From an uncultured Phycisphaerales bacterium (GTDB lineage: Bacteria > Planctomycetota > Phycisphaerae > Tepidisphaerales > Tepidisphaeraceae): 64,000 nucleotides of DNA. The notes under the pieces are model-generated. The model worked only from the letters and a program-made list of their open reading frames with translations. It was not told the DNA's origin and did not search any database. The stretch is taken from NCBI GenBank assembly GCA_963844715.1, contig CAWJPJ010000008.1, positions 352,001 to 416,000 on the forward strand, read 5' to 3'. Of the stretch, positions 1 to 10,266 are shown one piece after another. Every line of letters begins with the position of its first letter. Position 1 is the stretch's first letter. A program made the translations under genes and the position numbers.

Positions 1-416
1 GGATCGTTGGGGACAACTAGGGCATTCATGGAGGGGCAGGATACCGCTGCCTTCCGCAATCGAGGCCAGGAAACTGCGCCGTGGAGGCCTTAAAACGTAC
101 CGAGGAGATGCTCCAACTCGGCGACGAATCTGCCGCGGACGATTTGGTTTTGGCGTCTTTGACGCAGTTTGCCAGAGAGCGACTGTTAAGAAATGGCGTA
201 TTTCCGGCGTCACGCCCGGAGCTTCCGGATCAGTTGCGCGCTGCTCAACAAGGGCGATTCCCTGGCCAAGCTCTTGGAGTCTGCAATGTATGGCGATTCA
301 CCGGCGGAGAATCTGCTGATGGGACTGAACGACTGCCTTCTATAAAGCCGCGATCGTCCCAGCGGTCTCCCCTCGCTTCGATTTTTCGCTACGCCGCTTG
401 CCGGTATAGTTCCCCC

Positions 417-1214
417 GTGCCGACGGACTTTTCTAAATTCGATGCCGTCCTCCTCGATTTGGACGGCACCGTCTATTTCGAGGACGACCCATTGCCGGGC
501 GCGGCGGATCTGATCGCGCGGCTCAAGAGCGAAAAAATTAAATTCGCCTGTATTTCCAACAGCACAACAAGCCCGCAGCGGGTGGTGCAGCGATTCGCGG
601 GCATGGGGATTTCGATCTTGCCGGAGCAGATATTCACGGCCGGGGCGGCTTCGGTGGATTATGTGATTGCGCATTTCCCGCGTCCCGGCGGGCCCCGGGC
701 GTTTAATCTGGCGACACAAGGGGTGCAGGAGATGCTGGGCGGCCGCGGCGTTTGGGTTCAATCGGATTCGGAAGAATGCGACGCCATCATCGTCGGGGCG
801 CCGGCGAATCGATATGCGGATTTTGAGCGGCAGCGGATCGCGCTCGGTTTGATGCGAAAGGGGGCGCTGGCCGTGGGGGTTTGCGCGGATCGAATTTATC
901 CCAGCCCGCGCGGGTGGGAGTTTGGGAGCGGGGCGCTGACATTGATGCTGACGTACGCGGCGGATGCGCAGCCGGTTTATTGCGGGAAGCCGGAGAAAAT
1001 CTTTTTTGCCGAGCTGTGCCGTCGGCTGGGGGCTCGGCCGGAGAGGTGCGTGCTGGTGGGGGATAATCTGGAATCGGATATCTGGGGCGGCAAGCGCATG
1101 GGGATGCGGACGATTCTGACGCTAACCGGCGTGGCGCGGCGGAGCGATCTGGAGAAAGCCGATGCGGATCATCAGCCGGATGAGGTGATTGCCGATCTTC
1201 GGGCGCTGCTCTAA
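417..1214 (+). CDS. HAD-IIA family hydrolase (NagD-like)
   Basis: Motifs DLDGTVY, SNS, CGKP and VGDNLESDIWGG. Start moved from the ORF-track start at 81 to the in-frame GTG at 417. Confidence 0.85.
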   Translation: MPTDFSKFDAVLLDLDGTVYFEDDPLPGAADLIARLKSEKIKFACISNSTTSPQRVVQRFAGMGISILPEQIFTAGAASVDYVIAHFPRPGGPRAFNLATQGVQEMLGGRGVWVQSDSEECDAIIVGAPANRYADFERQRIALGLMRKGALAVGVCADRIYPSPRGWEFGSGALTLMLTYAADAQPVYCGKPEKIFFAELCRRLGARPERCVLVGDNLESDIWGGKRMGMRTILTLTGVARRSDLEKADADHQPDEVIADLRALL

Positions 1215-1606
1215 GGCGTATGCGGCGGGTTGTAGCCGTACATTTGCGATTTCTTGAGCACGATAATCTGATCCCCCCGGACCAGAATGTATGAATCGGA
1301 GGTTTCGATCACCGTGAATCCGGGGACGACCGGGGCGCTGGGGCTGGTCGTCGAGGGGACGTATGCGCCGGAAATCTGGGTGGCCGTTTGCTCGAGGTTC
1401 GCGTAAATCTCCGTCGAGGCGACGGTCGCGGCCTGGGCGGCGGTGATGGCGGTGGCGACCTCCTGCTCCTGGGCGCAACTGGCGGCGATGAGGGACAGGG
1501 CGGATAAGGCGGTCAAAATGATCCAGACTCGAAGCAAAGATGCCTCCGGGGGGACTATCGGAAAATCACCACCATTTTGACCGCGCGGGGGCCGGGAAAC
1601 AACCAA
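1211..1606 (-). CDS. Hypothetical exported protein or lipoprotein
   Basis: Hydrophobic stretch ending in LIAASC (lipobox-like); converges on the HAD gene. True start is probably ~1530. Confidence 0.5.
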   Translation of the reverse strand: MVVSRPPRGQNGGDFPIVPPEASLLRVWIILTALSALSLIAASCAQEQEVATAITAAQAATVASTEIYANLEQTATQISGAYVPSTTSPSAPVVPGFTVIETSDSYILVRGDQIIVLKKSQMYGYNPPHTP

Positions 1607-1664
1607 ATTCCAACCGCTTATACGCTAAAGCCTAAGGGCGAAATCGTCCGATAATTTTCAAGAG

Positions 1665-3608
1665 ATGCATGAACAACTGCTCCAGGCATTGGTCGCCAGT
1701 AAGAACGAGGCGGCGGACGATGTGCTGTTGGAAGGGCTGCGCCTGGGGGTGGAAGTCGAAAAAGCGGTCATGCTGGACGCCCTGATGTCGCGAAAAACGA
1801 CCCGGGGGCTCAGCGGCGTGATCAGTTATTACGAGAATTTGCCGCCCCGTCTTCAAGGGCACGTTCTGCGGCACATCAAGATCTTCCACCACGCCCTGCG
1901 CGAAAGCGGCCGGAGCGACCGGCCGGAGCTTCGCCTGGCGTCGATGAGATTGATCGCCCTGGGGCGCGAGGGGAAGCTGGCATACGTCATTTCCGAAAAT
2001 CTGCACGATTCGCAGGAAGAGCTGAGCAAGGCGGCGGTCGAGGCGATTCTCTCCCTGGCCAAATGGGTCAGCGACACCACGCGCGATTTGCAGGACCATT
2101 ATCCGCCGTTCGAAGACGGACCCGCGGTCGAGGGTTCGCCGGCGGCGGTCTTCGCGACTCGGTTTCGCGAGATCATGGAGCAAAGACCGGAGATCGAAAC
2201 GGCGGTCGCGCGGGCTTTGGACGTTCATCGCGGGAAGCAAACCCAGGAATTGTTGCGGGCGTCGCTGCTTCTGGCCGATTCGCCCAGGAGCAAAACGCTG
2301 GCCATTCTGCAGACGACGAAACACGGCGGGCAGAGCATGATGGTGCGTCGCCTTCAGCAGCCGCCCAATGCCGAGACCGTAGACGCTTTTCTACTGGGGG
2401 CCACGCACGGACAACTGAGGCTCCATTTCGGGACGGTCTTCTCGCACATCACCGAGCCGCCCGTGCTCAGCGCGATTTTGCGAAAGACACACTGGCTGAA
2501 GGACCACCAACTCCAGCTCTGCATGCACCAGGTGACGCGCGGAGCGTGGTGGCAGGAAGTGGATTTGATCCGGGACATCCAAAATCGACCGGGCCCGGAG
2601 GCGGCGATCATCGGGGAATGGCTGGCGGTTTCCGGATCGCACGACCTGATGCAGGATGAGCGCCATGACGCGCCTGGCGGAACATTGCAAGACCGATTAC
2701 GCGGGGCGGCTGCGGTTGCTGCGCATTGCCTTGCGGCGCAGCGCGGATCGAGCGTGCAATTCCTGCGGGTGATGCTGAGCGACGCCGACGAGCGGCTCAT
2801 GCGGCTGGCGGCGCGGGAAATCGTGCGGCGCCGGCCTCCGGAAGCCGACAACATGCTGCTTCAACTGATGACCAACGCGCCGGAAAGCGTGCGGCGTGTC
2901 ATCAGCCGGTCCATCGGACAGGCGGGTTTCGAGCATTTCTGGGCCCGCTACGACCGCCTCGACAGGGCGACGCGAAAACAGGCGGGCAAGGCGATGATGA
3001 AGCTGCTCCCCGACGCCGTGCAGCGATTGTCCCGGCGTCTGGCGGCCGGTCCGGTCGAGCAGCGCATCAAGGCGCTGCAAATGACGCAGGAACTGGATCT
3101 GGCGGACCAATTGCGGGAGCCGCTGGCGGCGCTGGCGTCGCATCCGCATCCGAAAGTGCGCAGCAAGGCGGTGACGGTGCTGGGCGACATGGAAACGGCG
3201 TCGATCGAGGTGCTGATGGATCGGGCGCTCAGCGACCCGGATTCGCGCGTTCGCGCCAACGCGGTCGAGATTCTCGAAATGCGACCGGCGGTGCAGTTCG
3301 TGCCGCTGCTGATGGAGCGGGCCAAGAACAGCCACAACCGCGAGCGCGCCAACGCGATCAAGGCGCTGCACCGCATGAAGGTCGGGAACGTCGGGCCGCA
3401 GCTCATCGAAATGCTGCACGACCAGCGCGCCGAACATCGCATCTCGGCCATGTGGGCGCTGAAACAAATGGGATGGTGGAAGCTGCTTCAGGAAGTGGGG
3501 CAACTGGCCAAGGAAGACAACAACTTGCGCGTGCGGCGCTATGCGGTGGGGGTTCTGAAAGGCGTCGCGGACATGGTGCAGGAAAAGAACAAAGAGAAGG
3601 CGGGATGA
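1665..3608 (+). CDS. HEAT/PBS-lyase-like repeat protein
   Basis: Repeated DxDxRVRANAVExL-type helical units in the C-terminal half. An apparently out-of-frame segment near 2663-2745 suggests two compensating indels. Confidence 0.75.
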   Translation: MHEQLLQALVASKNEAADDVLLEGLRLGVEVEKAVMLDALMSRKTTRGLSGVISYYENLPPRLQGHVLRHIKIFHHALRESGRSDRPELRLASMRLIALGREGKLAYVISENLHDSQEELSKAAVEAILSLAKWVSDTTRDLQDHYPPFEDGPAVEGSPAAVFATRFREIMEQRPEIETAVARALDVHRGKQTQELLRASLLLADSPRSKTLAILQTTKHGGQSMMVRRLQQPPNAETVDAFLLGATHGQLRLHFGTVFSHITEPPVLSAILRKTHWLKDHQLQLCMHQVTRGAWWQEVDLIRDIQNRPGPEAAIIGEWLAVSGSHDLMQDERHDAPGGTLQDRLRGAAAVAAHCLAAQRGSSVQFLRVMLSDADERLMRLAAREIVRRRPPEADNMLLQLMTNAPESVRRVISRSIGQAGFEHFWARYDRLDRATRKQAGKAMMKLLPDAVQRLSRRLAAGPVEQRIKALQMTQELDLADQLREPLAALASHPHPKVRSKAVTVLGDMETASIEVLMDRALSDPDSRVRANAVEILEMRPAVQFVPLLMERAKNSHNRERANAIKALHRMKVGNVGPQLIEMLHDQRAEHRISAMWALKQMGWWKLLQEVGQLAKEDNNLRVRRYAVGVLKGVADMVQEKNKEKAG

Positions 3609-3731
3609 AATGCAACCGCAGAGACGCGGAGACAGACGCGGAGGATTAATATGTTTAAAAGTCTAAAACAAATTTCCCTTTTGTCTTCTCCGCGTCTTGC
3701 TCCGCGTCTCTGCGTCTCCGCGGTTGCATTT
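3608..3731. repeat. Imperfect palindromic REP-like element
   Basis: aaatgcaaccgcagagacgcggaga (from 3608) pairs with tctccgcgtctctgcgtctccgcggttgcattt-like arm ending at 3731. Confidence 0.65.
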
Positions 3732-4112
3732 GGGATTTGCGCACCGGCACTGGGGGTCCCGACGCAGGAAGAAGTTTTTCAGAGCATCAACCAGCACGTC
3801 GGCTCGACGGTCGATGTGAGCAAAATGGTCCCGTACCTGATCGCGGGATTGGGGCTCGTGATTTTGATTGTCTGGATGACGCATCGCCAGCGATACAAAG
3901 TGGTGCCGCGGGCGCTGAATCACGCGGGGAAACTGATCAAGGAAGTATCGAAGAAAATCGGGCTGCGATCGGGTGAGACGCGGGCGCTGAAAAATCTGGC
4001 CGATGAGCAGGAGATCGCCAGCCCGCTGACGCTGCTGCTCTGTCCGTCGCTGCTGGGCAAGGCGCTTCGCAGCCCGGACACGCGGGTGGACCGCGCCAAC
4101 TGGCCGATCTGA
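3651..4112 (+). CDS. Hypothetical membrane protein
   Basis: RBS ggagga upstream; signal-like N-terminus plus one transmembrane segment (YLIAGLGLVILIVWM). Confidence 0.6.
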   Translation: MFKSLKQISLLSSPRLAPRLCVSAVAFGICAPALGVPTQEEVFQSINQHVGSTVDVSKMVPYLIAGLGLVILIVWMTHRQRYKVVPRALNHAGKLIKEVSKKIGLRSGETRALKNLADEQEIASPLTLLLCPSLLGKALRSPDTRVDRANWPI

Positions 4113-4178
4113 TACAAAGACTGCGCGGGGATCCCGGCGCATCGCATGGGGCGGGGCGAAAAGATATCATGGGCGGGC

Positions 4179-5045
4179 ATGTCGGCGAAGATCATTGACG
4201 GTTCCGCTCTTGCCCAATCTACCAAGGAAAATGTGCGCGGGCGGGTCGCGGAGTTGGCGGGGAAAAAGCGCCGGGTTGCGCTGGCGGCGGTGCTGGTCGG
4301 TTCGACGGCGGCGGGAGAACTCTACGCCGCCAGGCAGGCGGACGCCTGCCGCGATTGCGGGATCGAATACGCGCTGCGGAAACTTCCGCAATCCGCGTCG
4401 CCCCAGGAAGTGGGACAGCTCCTGCACTCTCTGAACACCGATCCGGCGTTCACGGGAATCATGCTCCATTTGCCGCTGCCTGCGCAGCTCAACACAACGG
4501 AATTGCAATACAAGATCGACCCGGTGAAGGACGTTGAAGGCGTCAACCCGGCGAACATCGGATACGTGGTCTACGGCCACACGCGCATCGCCCCGTGCAC
4601 GGCCCTGGCGGTGATCGAATTGATCGAATCGACCGGGGTGCAAATCCGCGGCGCCGAGGCAGTGGTGGTTGGAGCGAGCGAAATCGCCGGCAAACCGATC
4701 GCCCTCTTGCTAACGGAGCGGATGGCGACGACAACAACCTGCCATGTCGCGACGCGCGACTTGGGTCTGCATACACGGCGGGCGGAAATTCTGGTGGTCG
4801 CGGTCGGGAAACCGGGCCTCATTTCAGCCGAGCATGTTCGGCACGGGGCGGTGGTGATCGATGTGGGCATCAATCGGATCACCTTGCCCGACGGAACCAA
4901 GAAAACGGTGGGCGATGTCGAGTTCGATTCGGTTAAGGAGAAAGCGGGTTACATTACTCCGGTCCCGGGGGGCGTGGGGCCGATGACGGTGGCGATGTTG
5001 CTGAAGAACACAGTGCGGAGCGCCGAGCTTTCAGGGGCGACATAA
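4179..5045 (+). CDS. folD: Bifunctional methylenetetrahydrofolate dehydrogenase/cyclohydrolase
   Basis: MSAKIIDG start, KDVEG, VIDVGINR, GDVEF and ITPVPGGVGPMTVAMLLKN. Confidence 0.95.
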   Translation: MSAKIIDGSALAQSTKENVRGRVAELAGKKRRVALAAVLVGSTAAGELYAARQADACRDCGIEYALRKLPQSASPQEVGQLLHSLNTDPAFTGIMLHLPLPAQLNTTELQYKIDPVKDVEGVNPANIGYVVYGHTRIAPCTALAVIELIESTGVQIRGAEAVVVGASEIAGKPIALLLTERMATTTTCHVATRDLGLHTRRAEILVVAVGKPGLISAEHVRHGAVVIDVGINRITLPDGTKKTVGDVEFDSVKEKAGYITPVPGGVGPMTVAMLLKNTVRSAELSGAT

Positions 5046-5100
5046 GCAATTTGGCGCGGACCGGCGGCACCGCGTCGTCTTCAAGCGCAGGAGGAGCGCC

Positions 5101-6055
5101 AATGGGAGCCGTGTCGATGCGTAAAAGCGTTGCGTTGTGGTCGGGCATACGCGCTGGTGGTGGCGCTGGCGGTGCTGGGGATCTGGCTTTATGGGCGCAT
5201 GCAATTGACGCCTCCGACGGCGCTGGGGCTGGACCCGGCAAATCTGGCGCCGCTTTCCCCGCCGACGATTTCTCCGCCGGTGGTCGCCGCGACCCAGCCG
5301 AGCGACGCCTCGGCGGATTACCGCCAGGCGTGGCTGGACTACCAGGCGAACACCGACCCATACGATACCTTTGCACTGAACCCGAGCGATCCGCCGCCAA
5401 CGGGGGTGGCGCTGATCCTGGCGCTTCGGGCAAGGCGAGCGCCGCGGTCTTTGCCGATCATCCGGCCGACATCGTGGACTATCAGGCGGATCATCCGGCG
5501 CTGGACCAACTATGCGAACTGGCCCGCACGATCGATCGCGCCGGGCTGCGGCTGAAGCTGCTCAATCAAACCGACAAGGCGATCCAATATTTCCAATCGG
5601 TCTACGCCCTGGGCGAAAAGTTGTACGACGAGCGCCTGACTTACGATGAATATTCCAAGGGACTTTCCCTGATGAACGAATCGACGGTGGCGATGGCGGA
5701 TTGCGAGCCGGCGGATCGCGCGGCGCAATTGCGGCGACTGGAGAGCGCCATGCGCGATTACGACGCCAACCATGTGCAGCCGATCTATCAGGCCCTGGTC
5801 AGTGCCGAGCAGGAGGACATCGCCTTGCATGCGGGGGATATTTTTGCCTTCGCGACAGGTTCCAAAGAGCGCATGTTCCGGGTGGAGGCGATTTTGGCTC
5901 TCGGGCGGCTGAAATTCGACGCGGCCCGCGGCGCGGATCAGCAGGCGGCGCCGGCTTGCATCGAAAATGCCTCAACCGACCCGGACCCCGTAATCCAGGC
6001 GGCCGCCACGGCGGCGGGGGACCTTAGCGTCGAGGATTACCGGCAAATCCATTGA
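5101..6055 (+). CDS. Hypothetical membrane-anchored protein, frameshifted in this sequence
   Basis: N-terminal TM segment in frame 5130-5555 continues into helical C-terminus in the frame ending at 6055. Start is uncertain. Confidence 0.45.
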
Positions 6056-6138
6056 CGCGGTTGCGAGACATGGCGAATGGTTACGATAGGATGCGAGCCG
6101 ACGGATCGCCATCGGTTGGGTTTGCGAGGATTGTTCAA

Positions 6139-7494
6139 ATGAGGAAGCGCAAAGGGTTCACGCTCTTCGAGATGTTGATTGTGATCGGGATCATCGTGGT
6201 CCTGGCTTCGATTATTCTGGTGACCGTGAATCGCGCCCGGCGGAGCGCGGAAATCGCCTCGGAGGGTCTGGATTTTCAGGCGATCGAGGCGGCGTTGGAA
6301 AGCTACCACCATGATTTCGGATCGTACCCCAAGGATATTGCGCTGCCGTCGTGGAACACCAATGCCGGGCAGACGCCCCCGACGCAGCCTCCCGGATGTC
6401 TGACCTTGGCGCGAGCGCCGATGGGCCCCGGGCCCGGCGCCGCCCAGGCGCTGGGAACGACGAACATATTCACGGCCGGCGACGGCGCCGACGGGCCGGG
6501 CTTTCGCGTGCAAACGATGAATATTCCGGCGACCGCCAGCGGGAGTTCCGTTACCTTTAATACGCCGCTGCTGCCCGCGCAGGTTCCGACATTTGTGCAG
6601 GGACAGTCGGTCTGGTGGTTTGATCAGGAGCAGAACGTCTCGGGCATCTTTGTCCACACGCTGGCGGCGATCGTTAGCGTGACGAGTCCTACCAGCGTGA
6701 CTACAAGCGGGATTAACGGGCTCACCTGGAGCCCCGGGGCGCCGACGGCAAACGGCACGACGGGCGTATTGCGCATCGCGATCGGAAAAACCTGGGGCCC
6801 ATATTTACCGCCCGAGCGATTTCAACTCGCCTATCTCGACCCAACGCGCGTGGGCGACGCCGCGGACAATGTCGGCAACATGCACTACCCCGTATTGCTG
6901 GACCGGTGGGGGGGAGAAATCCAGTACTTTCCGGCATACGGACCGGCTACCAATCGAACTGCGCAGTCGAGCTACCCGCAGTACGCCACTCAATACGGGT
7001 TCATATCCTGGCCGCCTAATCCTTTAGGGCCGCCGATCACGGCTGGTCCGTTGTTCGGCTATGCCGCTCCGGAGGTGGTCGACACGTCGCCCGTGAAGTC
7101 GATCGCCTTTCCGTATGGGTCCTACGCGATCTATGATCAGCGCGACGGCGCTCCCGTGATCGACACGCTCAGCAGCGCCGGCCCGGAAGCGATCCCGTGG
7201 CATCTGTACACCTATGTGCATCCGCGGCCGACAACCACCGGCCAGACAACGACGGATTTGTCGCTGGCGGTGAAGTGGATGTTGGGAGATAACAATTTGA
7301 ATAACCTGATCGACAACGGGGAGAGCTACCAGAATATCCAGCCGTACATCCTGATCTCGGCCGGTCCGGATGGTCCGACTCGGTCGGATGGGGGATTCTG
7401 CGACTTTAGTCAAATCCCGAGTACTTCAGGCTCGCCGACCTATCAAAATGCCTTCAAGGCGAGCGGGAACATTTACAATTTTAACAGGCAATAG
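6139..7494 (+). CDS. Prepilin-type N-terminal cleavage/methylation domain protein (pseudopilin-like)
   Basis: MRKRKG/FTLFEMLIVIGII class III signal, plus LDRWG and LISAGPDG motifs typical of GspG-like proteins. Confidence 0.85.
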   Translation: MRKRKGFTLFEMLIVIGIIVVLASIILVTVNRARRSAEIASEGLDFQAIEAALESYHHDFGSYPKDIALPSWNTNAGQTPPTQPPGCLTLARAPMGPGPGAAQALGTTNIFTAGDGADGPGFRVQTMNIPATASGSSVTFNTPLLPAQVPTFVQGQSVWWFDQEQNVSGIFVHTLAAIVSVTSPTSVTTSGINGLTWSPGAPTANGTTGVLRIAIGKTWGPYLPPERFQLAYLDPTRVGDAADNVGNMHYPVLLDRWGGEIQYFPAYGPATNRTAQSSYPQYATQYGFISWPPNPLGPPITAGPLFGYAAPEVVDTSPVKSIAFPYGSYAIYDQRDGAPVIDTLSSAGPEAIPWHLYTYVHPRPTTTGQTTTDLSLAVKWMLGDNNLNNLIDNGESYQNIQPYILISAGPDGPTRSDGGFCDFSQIPSTSGSPTYQNAFKASGNIYNFNRQ

Positions 7495-7619
7495 GATTTC
7501 TGCCGCCCGTCATCCCATTGAGTTTTCTCCATTCCTGAATCTCGTTTGCCGCCGCCAGATAGTTTTTCTACAATTTAACCGGCTGGCGGGTCGGGGATGG
7601 CGGTGCGCCCGGCGATTTC

Positions 7620-8195
7620 ATGCGACCACGAGACGAAAATAAGCACCGCTCGATCATCGCGGCGGCGGGAAGGCTCTTCGCGTCCCGGCCGTTCCACCTG
7701 GTCCGGCTCGACGAAGTCGCCCAGGCCGCCGGCGTCGGCAAGGGAACCCTTTACATCTATTTCAAGAGCAAGGAAGACCTCTACTACGGATTGATCTATG
7801 ATGGATTTGCCGACCTGGTCCGTCATTTAAAGGAACGGCTGGACCAGGACGGCCTGGAGCCGCGCGAGAAAATCCGCGTTATCGTGCATGGCCTGATCGA
7901 TTTTTCCGTGCATCACCCGCAATTGATCGAAGTCATGCGGACTGCGGGCACGCCTGACGCGGATAGCAAGTGGGGCGGTAAACGCAGGGAGCTGCTGCAC
8001 CTGATCGAGAAGACGATTCGGCAAGGGACCGGCGCCGGACGCCTCGCCGATGAAAAGCCGGAACTGACGGCTCTTTATGTGCTGTCAATGGTCCGGGCGA
8101 TACTCCTGCATGTTCCGCAACACGCGGCGGACAACGGGCTGAGCGACCATGCGGCGGGAATCATCCTGCATGGAATCGCCAAGGGACGGAGATGA
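7620..8195 (+). CDS. TetR/AcrR family regulator
   Basis: HTH signature VAQAAGVGKGTLYIYFKSKEDL. Confidence 0.92.
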   Translation: MRPRDENKHRSIIAAAGRLFASRPFHLVRLDEVAQAAGVGKGTLYIYFKSKEDLYYGLIYDGFADLVRHLKERLDQDGLEPREKIRVIVHGLIDFSVHHPQLIEVMRTAGTPDADSKWGGKRRELLHLIEKTIRQGTGAGRLADEKPELTALYVLSMVRAILLHVPQHAADNGLSDHAAGIILHGIAKGRR

Positions 8196-9529
8196 CCAGG
8201 AATCGGATCATCGGAATTGTGGCGGCGGCGACGGCGATCACGTCGATGTGGGGATGGTATTACCATCGCGCCCGCGCGGCTGAATCGCAGCTTCTTGCAA
8301 CCGAGGACGTTATCCATTCCGCGGCGCAAATCGGGGACATCAATCTGAGCGTCGCCAGCACGGGGCTGGTGATTTCCAATCTCGACGTCGCGATCAAGTG
8401 CCGCGCCAGCGGGCAGATTATCAAGTTTCCCTACGACGTGAGCGATCACGTCAAGAAGGGGGATTTGCTGGTGCAGCTCGATCCGTCCGATGAGCAGCCA
8501 TTTGTGGACCAGGCGGGGGCGGAGGTGGCGATCTCGCAGGCAAGACTGGCCGAGGCGAAGCTGAACGCCCAGGTCGCGGATTTGGATTTGCAGACCGCGA
8601 CGGAGAAAGCCGACGCGGACATCACGGCCGCGCAGGTCAAGGCGACGAATCTTCGCAACACGGCGGATCGGCAGCGCACGCTGCTGGAGCAGAAGCTGGC
8701 GGCGCCGCAGGATTACGAAACGGCGCAGACGGACGCCGCCCAGGCGGACGCCGATCTTCAGGCGGCGATCATCGCCAAGCAGGAACTCAAGAGCCAGGCC
8801 GCCAGCGTCCTGGTGAAGAAGCAGGATGTCGATCTGGCCGAGGCGCAGCTCCGATCGGACCAGATCGCCCTGGCCAACGCGCAGCAGCAGTTGTCTTACA
8901 CGACGATCACGGCGCCGATGGACGGCGTGGTGGCGGACGTGGAAGTGGAACTGGGGACCATCATCTCGTCGGCGATCAGCAACGTCGGCGGCGGGACGAC
9001 GGTATTGACCCTTTCCGATCTCTCAAAAATATTCGTCAACGCTTCGGTGGATGAAAGCGACATCGGCGGCGTGCGGGTCGGGCAGCCGGTGGAGATCACC
9101 GCCGACGCCTATCCCGGCAAGGAATTCAGCGGCCAGGTCGTTCGCATCGCCACCCAGGGGGTGAATACGAGCAACGTCGTCACGTTCACGGTGAAGATCG
9201 AAGTGACCAGCCCCAACAAGGACCTGCTGAAGCCGCAGATGACGACGAACGTGAGCATCATCGAAGCGTCGCGCCGGCACGTGGTGCTGGTGCCGACGGC
9301 GGCGGTCTTCCGCAAGGATCGCGACATGTGGGTGACGGTCGTCAAGGGCGACGGTTCGACCGAAGACGAGGAAGTGCGGACCGGCGTCAACGATGGGACC
9401 AACGAGGAGATCGTCTCCGGCGTCGAGGCGGGGCAGACGGTCGTCGTCCGCCGGGGCGACGTGAACGGGCGCTGGTCGGGTCTGGGCGCGGTGCGGCCGC
9501 TGGGGCTTCCGCTGGGAGGGCGGCGGTGA
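8192..9529 (+). CDS. Efflux periplasmic adaptor (MacA/HlyD-like)
   Basis: VKKGDLLVQLD, coiled-coil hairpin, ITAPMDGVV and VDESDIG; start overlaps the TetR stop. Confidence 0.9.
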   Translation: MTRNRIIGIVAAATAITSMWGWYYHRARAAESQLLATEDVIHSAAQIGDINLSVASTGLVISNLDVAIKCRASGQIIKFPYDVSDHVKKGDLLVQLDPSDEQPFVDQAGAEVAISQARLAEAKLNAQVADLDLQTATEKADADITAAQVKATNLRNTADRQRTLLEQKLAAPQDYETAQTDAAQADADLQAAIIAKQELKSQAASVLVKKQDVDLAEAQLRSDQIALANAQQQLSYTTITAPMDGVVADVEVELGTIISSAISNVGGGTTVLTLSDLSKIFVNASVDESDIGGVRVGQPVEITADAYPGKEFSGQVVRIATQGVNTSNVVTFTVKIEVTSPNKDLLKPQMTTNVSIIEASRRHVVLVPTAAVFRKDRDMWVTVVKGDGSTEDEEVRTGVNDGTNEEIVSGVEAGQTVVVRRGDVNGRWSGLGAVRPLGLPLGGRR

Positions 9530-10255
9530 TCATCCGCGCCGAGAACCTGGTCAAGACCTACGTTCTGGGCGGGCAAATCGTCCGCGCGCTGGACGATGTG
9601 ACCGTTGAGATCGCCGCCGGCGAAATGGTGGCGATCCGCGGGCCGTCGGGAAGCGGGAAATCCACGCTGATGAACATCCTGGGGTGTCTCGACCGCCCCG
9701 ATGACGGGCGGTATTTCCTGGCCGGTCAGGACGTTTCGGGGATGCGCAAGAACGGATTGGCGGAAGTCCGCAATCGGCGGATCGGGTTTATCTTTCAGAA
9801 TTTCAATTTGCTTCCGCGGATGAGCGCGCGCTGGAGAACGTGGAACTTCCGCTGCATTACGCGGCGCGGCATGACGCGGCCCAACGGGCCGCCGAGGCGC
9901 TGGCAACCGTGGGGCTTGCCGAACGGTCGCACCACGAGCCGAATCAACTTTCCGGCGGCCAGAGGCAGCGGGTTGCGATTGCGCGGGCGCTGGTGACGGA
10001 TCCGGCGATCCTGCTGGCGGACGAGCCCACCGGGTCGCTGGATAGCAAGACGGGCGAGGAAATCCTCGGGCTGTTCAAAACGCTCAATGCCCAGGGCGCA
10101 CCGTGCTGGTCGTGACTCACGACGCGAACGTGGCGGCGCATTGCCGGCGCGAGATTTTTCTGCGTGACGGAAAGGTCGCCGACCCCGCAGACCCGGCCGA
10201 GGGGGCGCCGCCGCCCGCGGTCGAGCCGCAGACGCTGTGGGCGGCGAGCAAGTAA
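9526..10255 (+). CDS. MacB/LolD-like ABC ATPase, two frameshifts in this sequence
   Basis: Walker [10 protein letters not shown], then [15 protein letters not shown] and LADEPTG in a second frame, then VTHD in a third frame ending at TAA 10255. Confidence 0.85.
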
Positions 10256-10266
10256 AAGGGCGACCG

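Noticed and set aside
81..416. N-terminal extension of the HAD hydrolase ORF
   Set aside because: No HAD features before the GTG at 417; likely intergenic.
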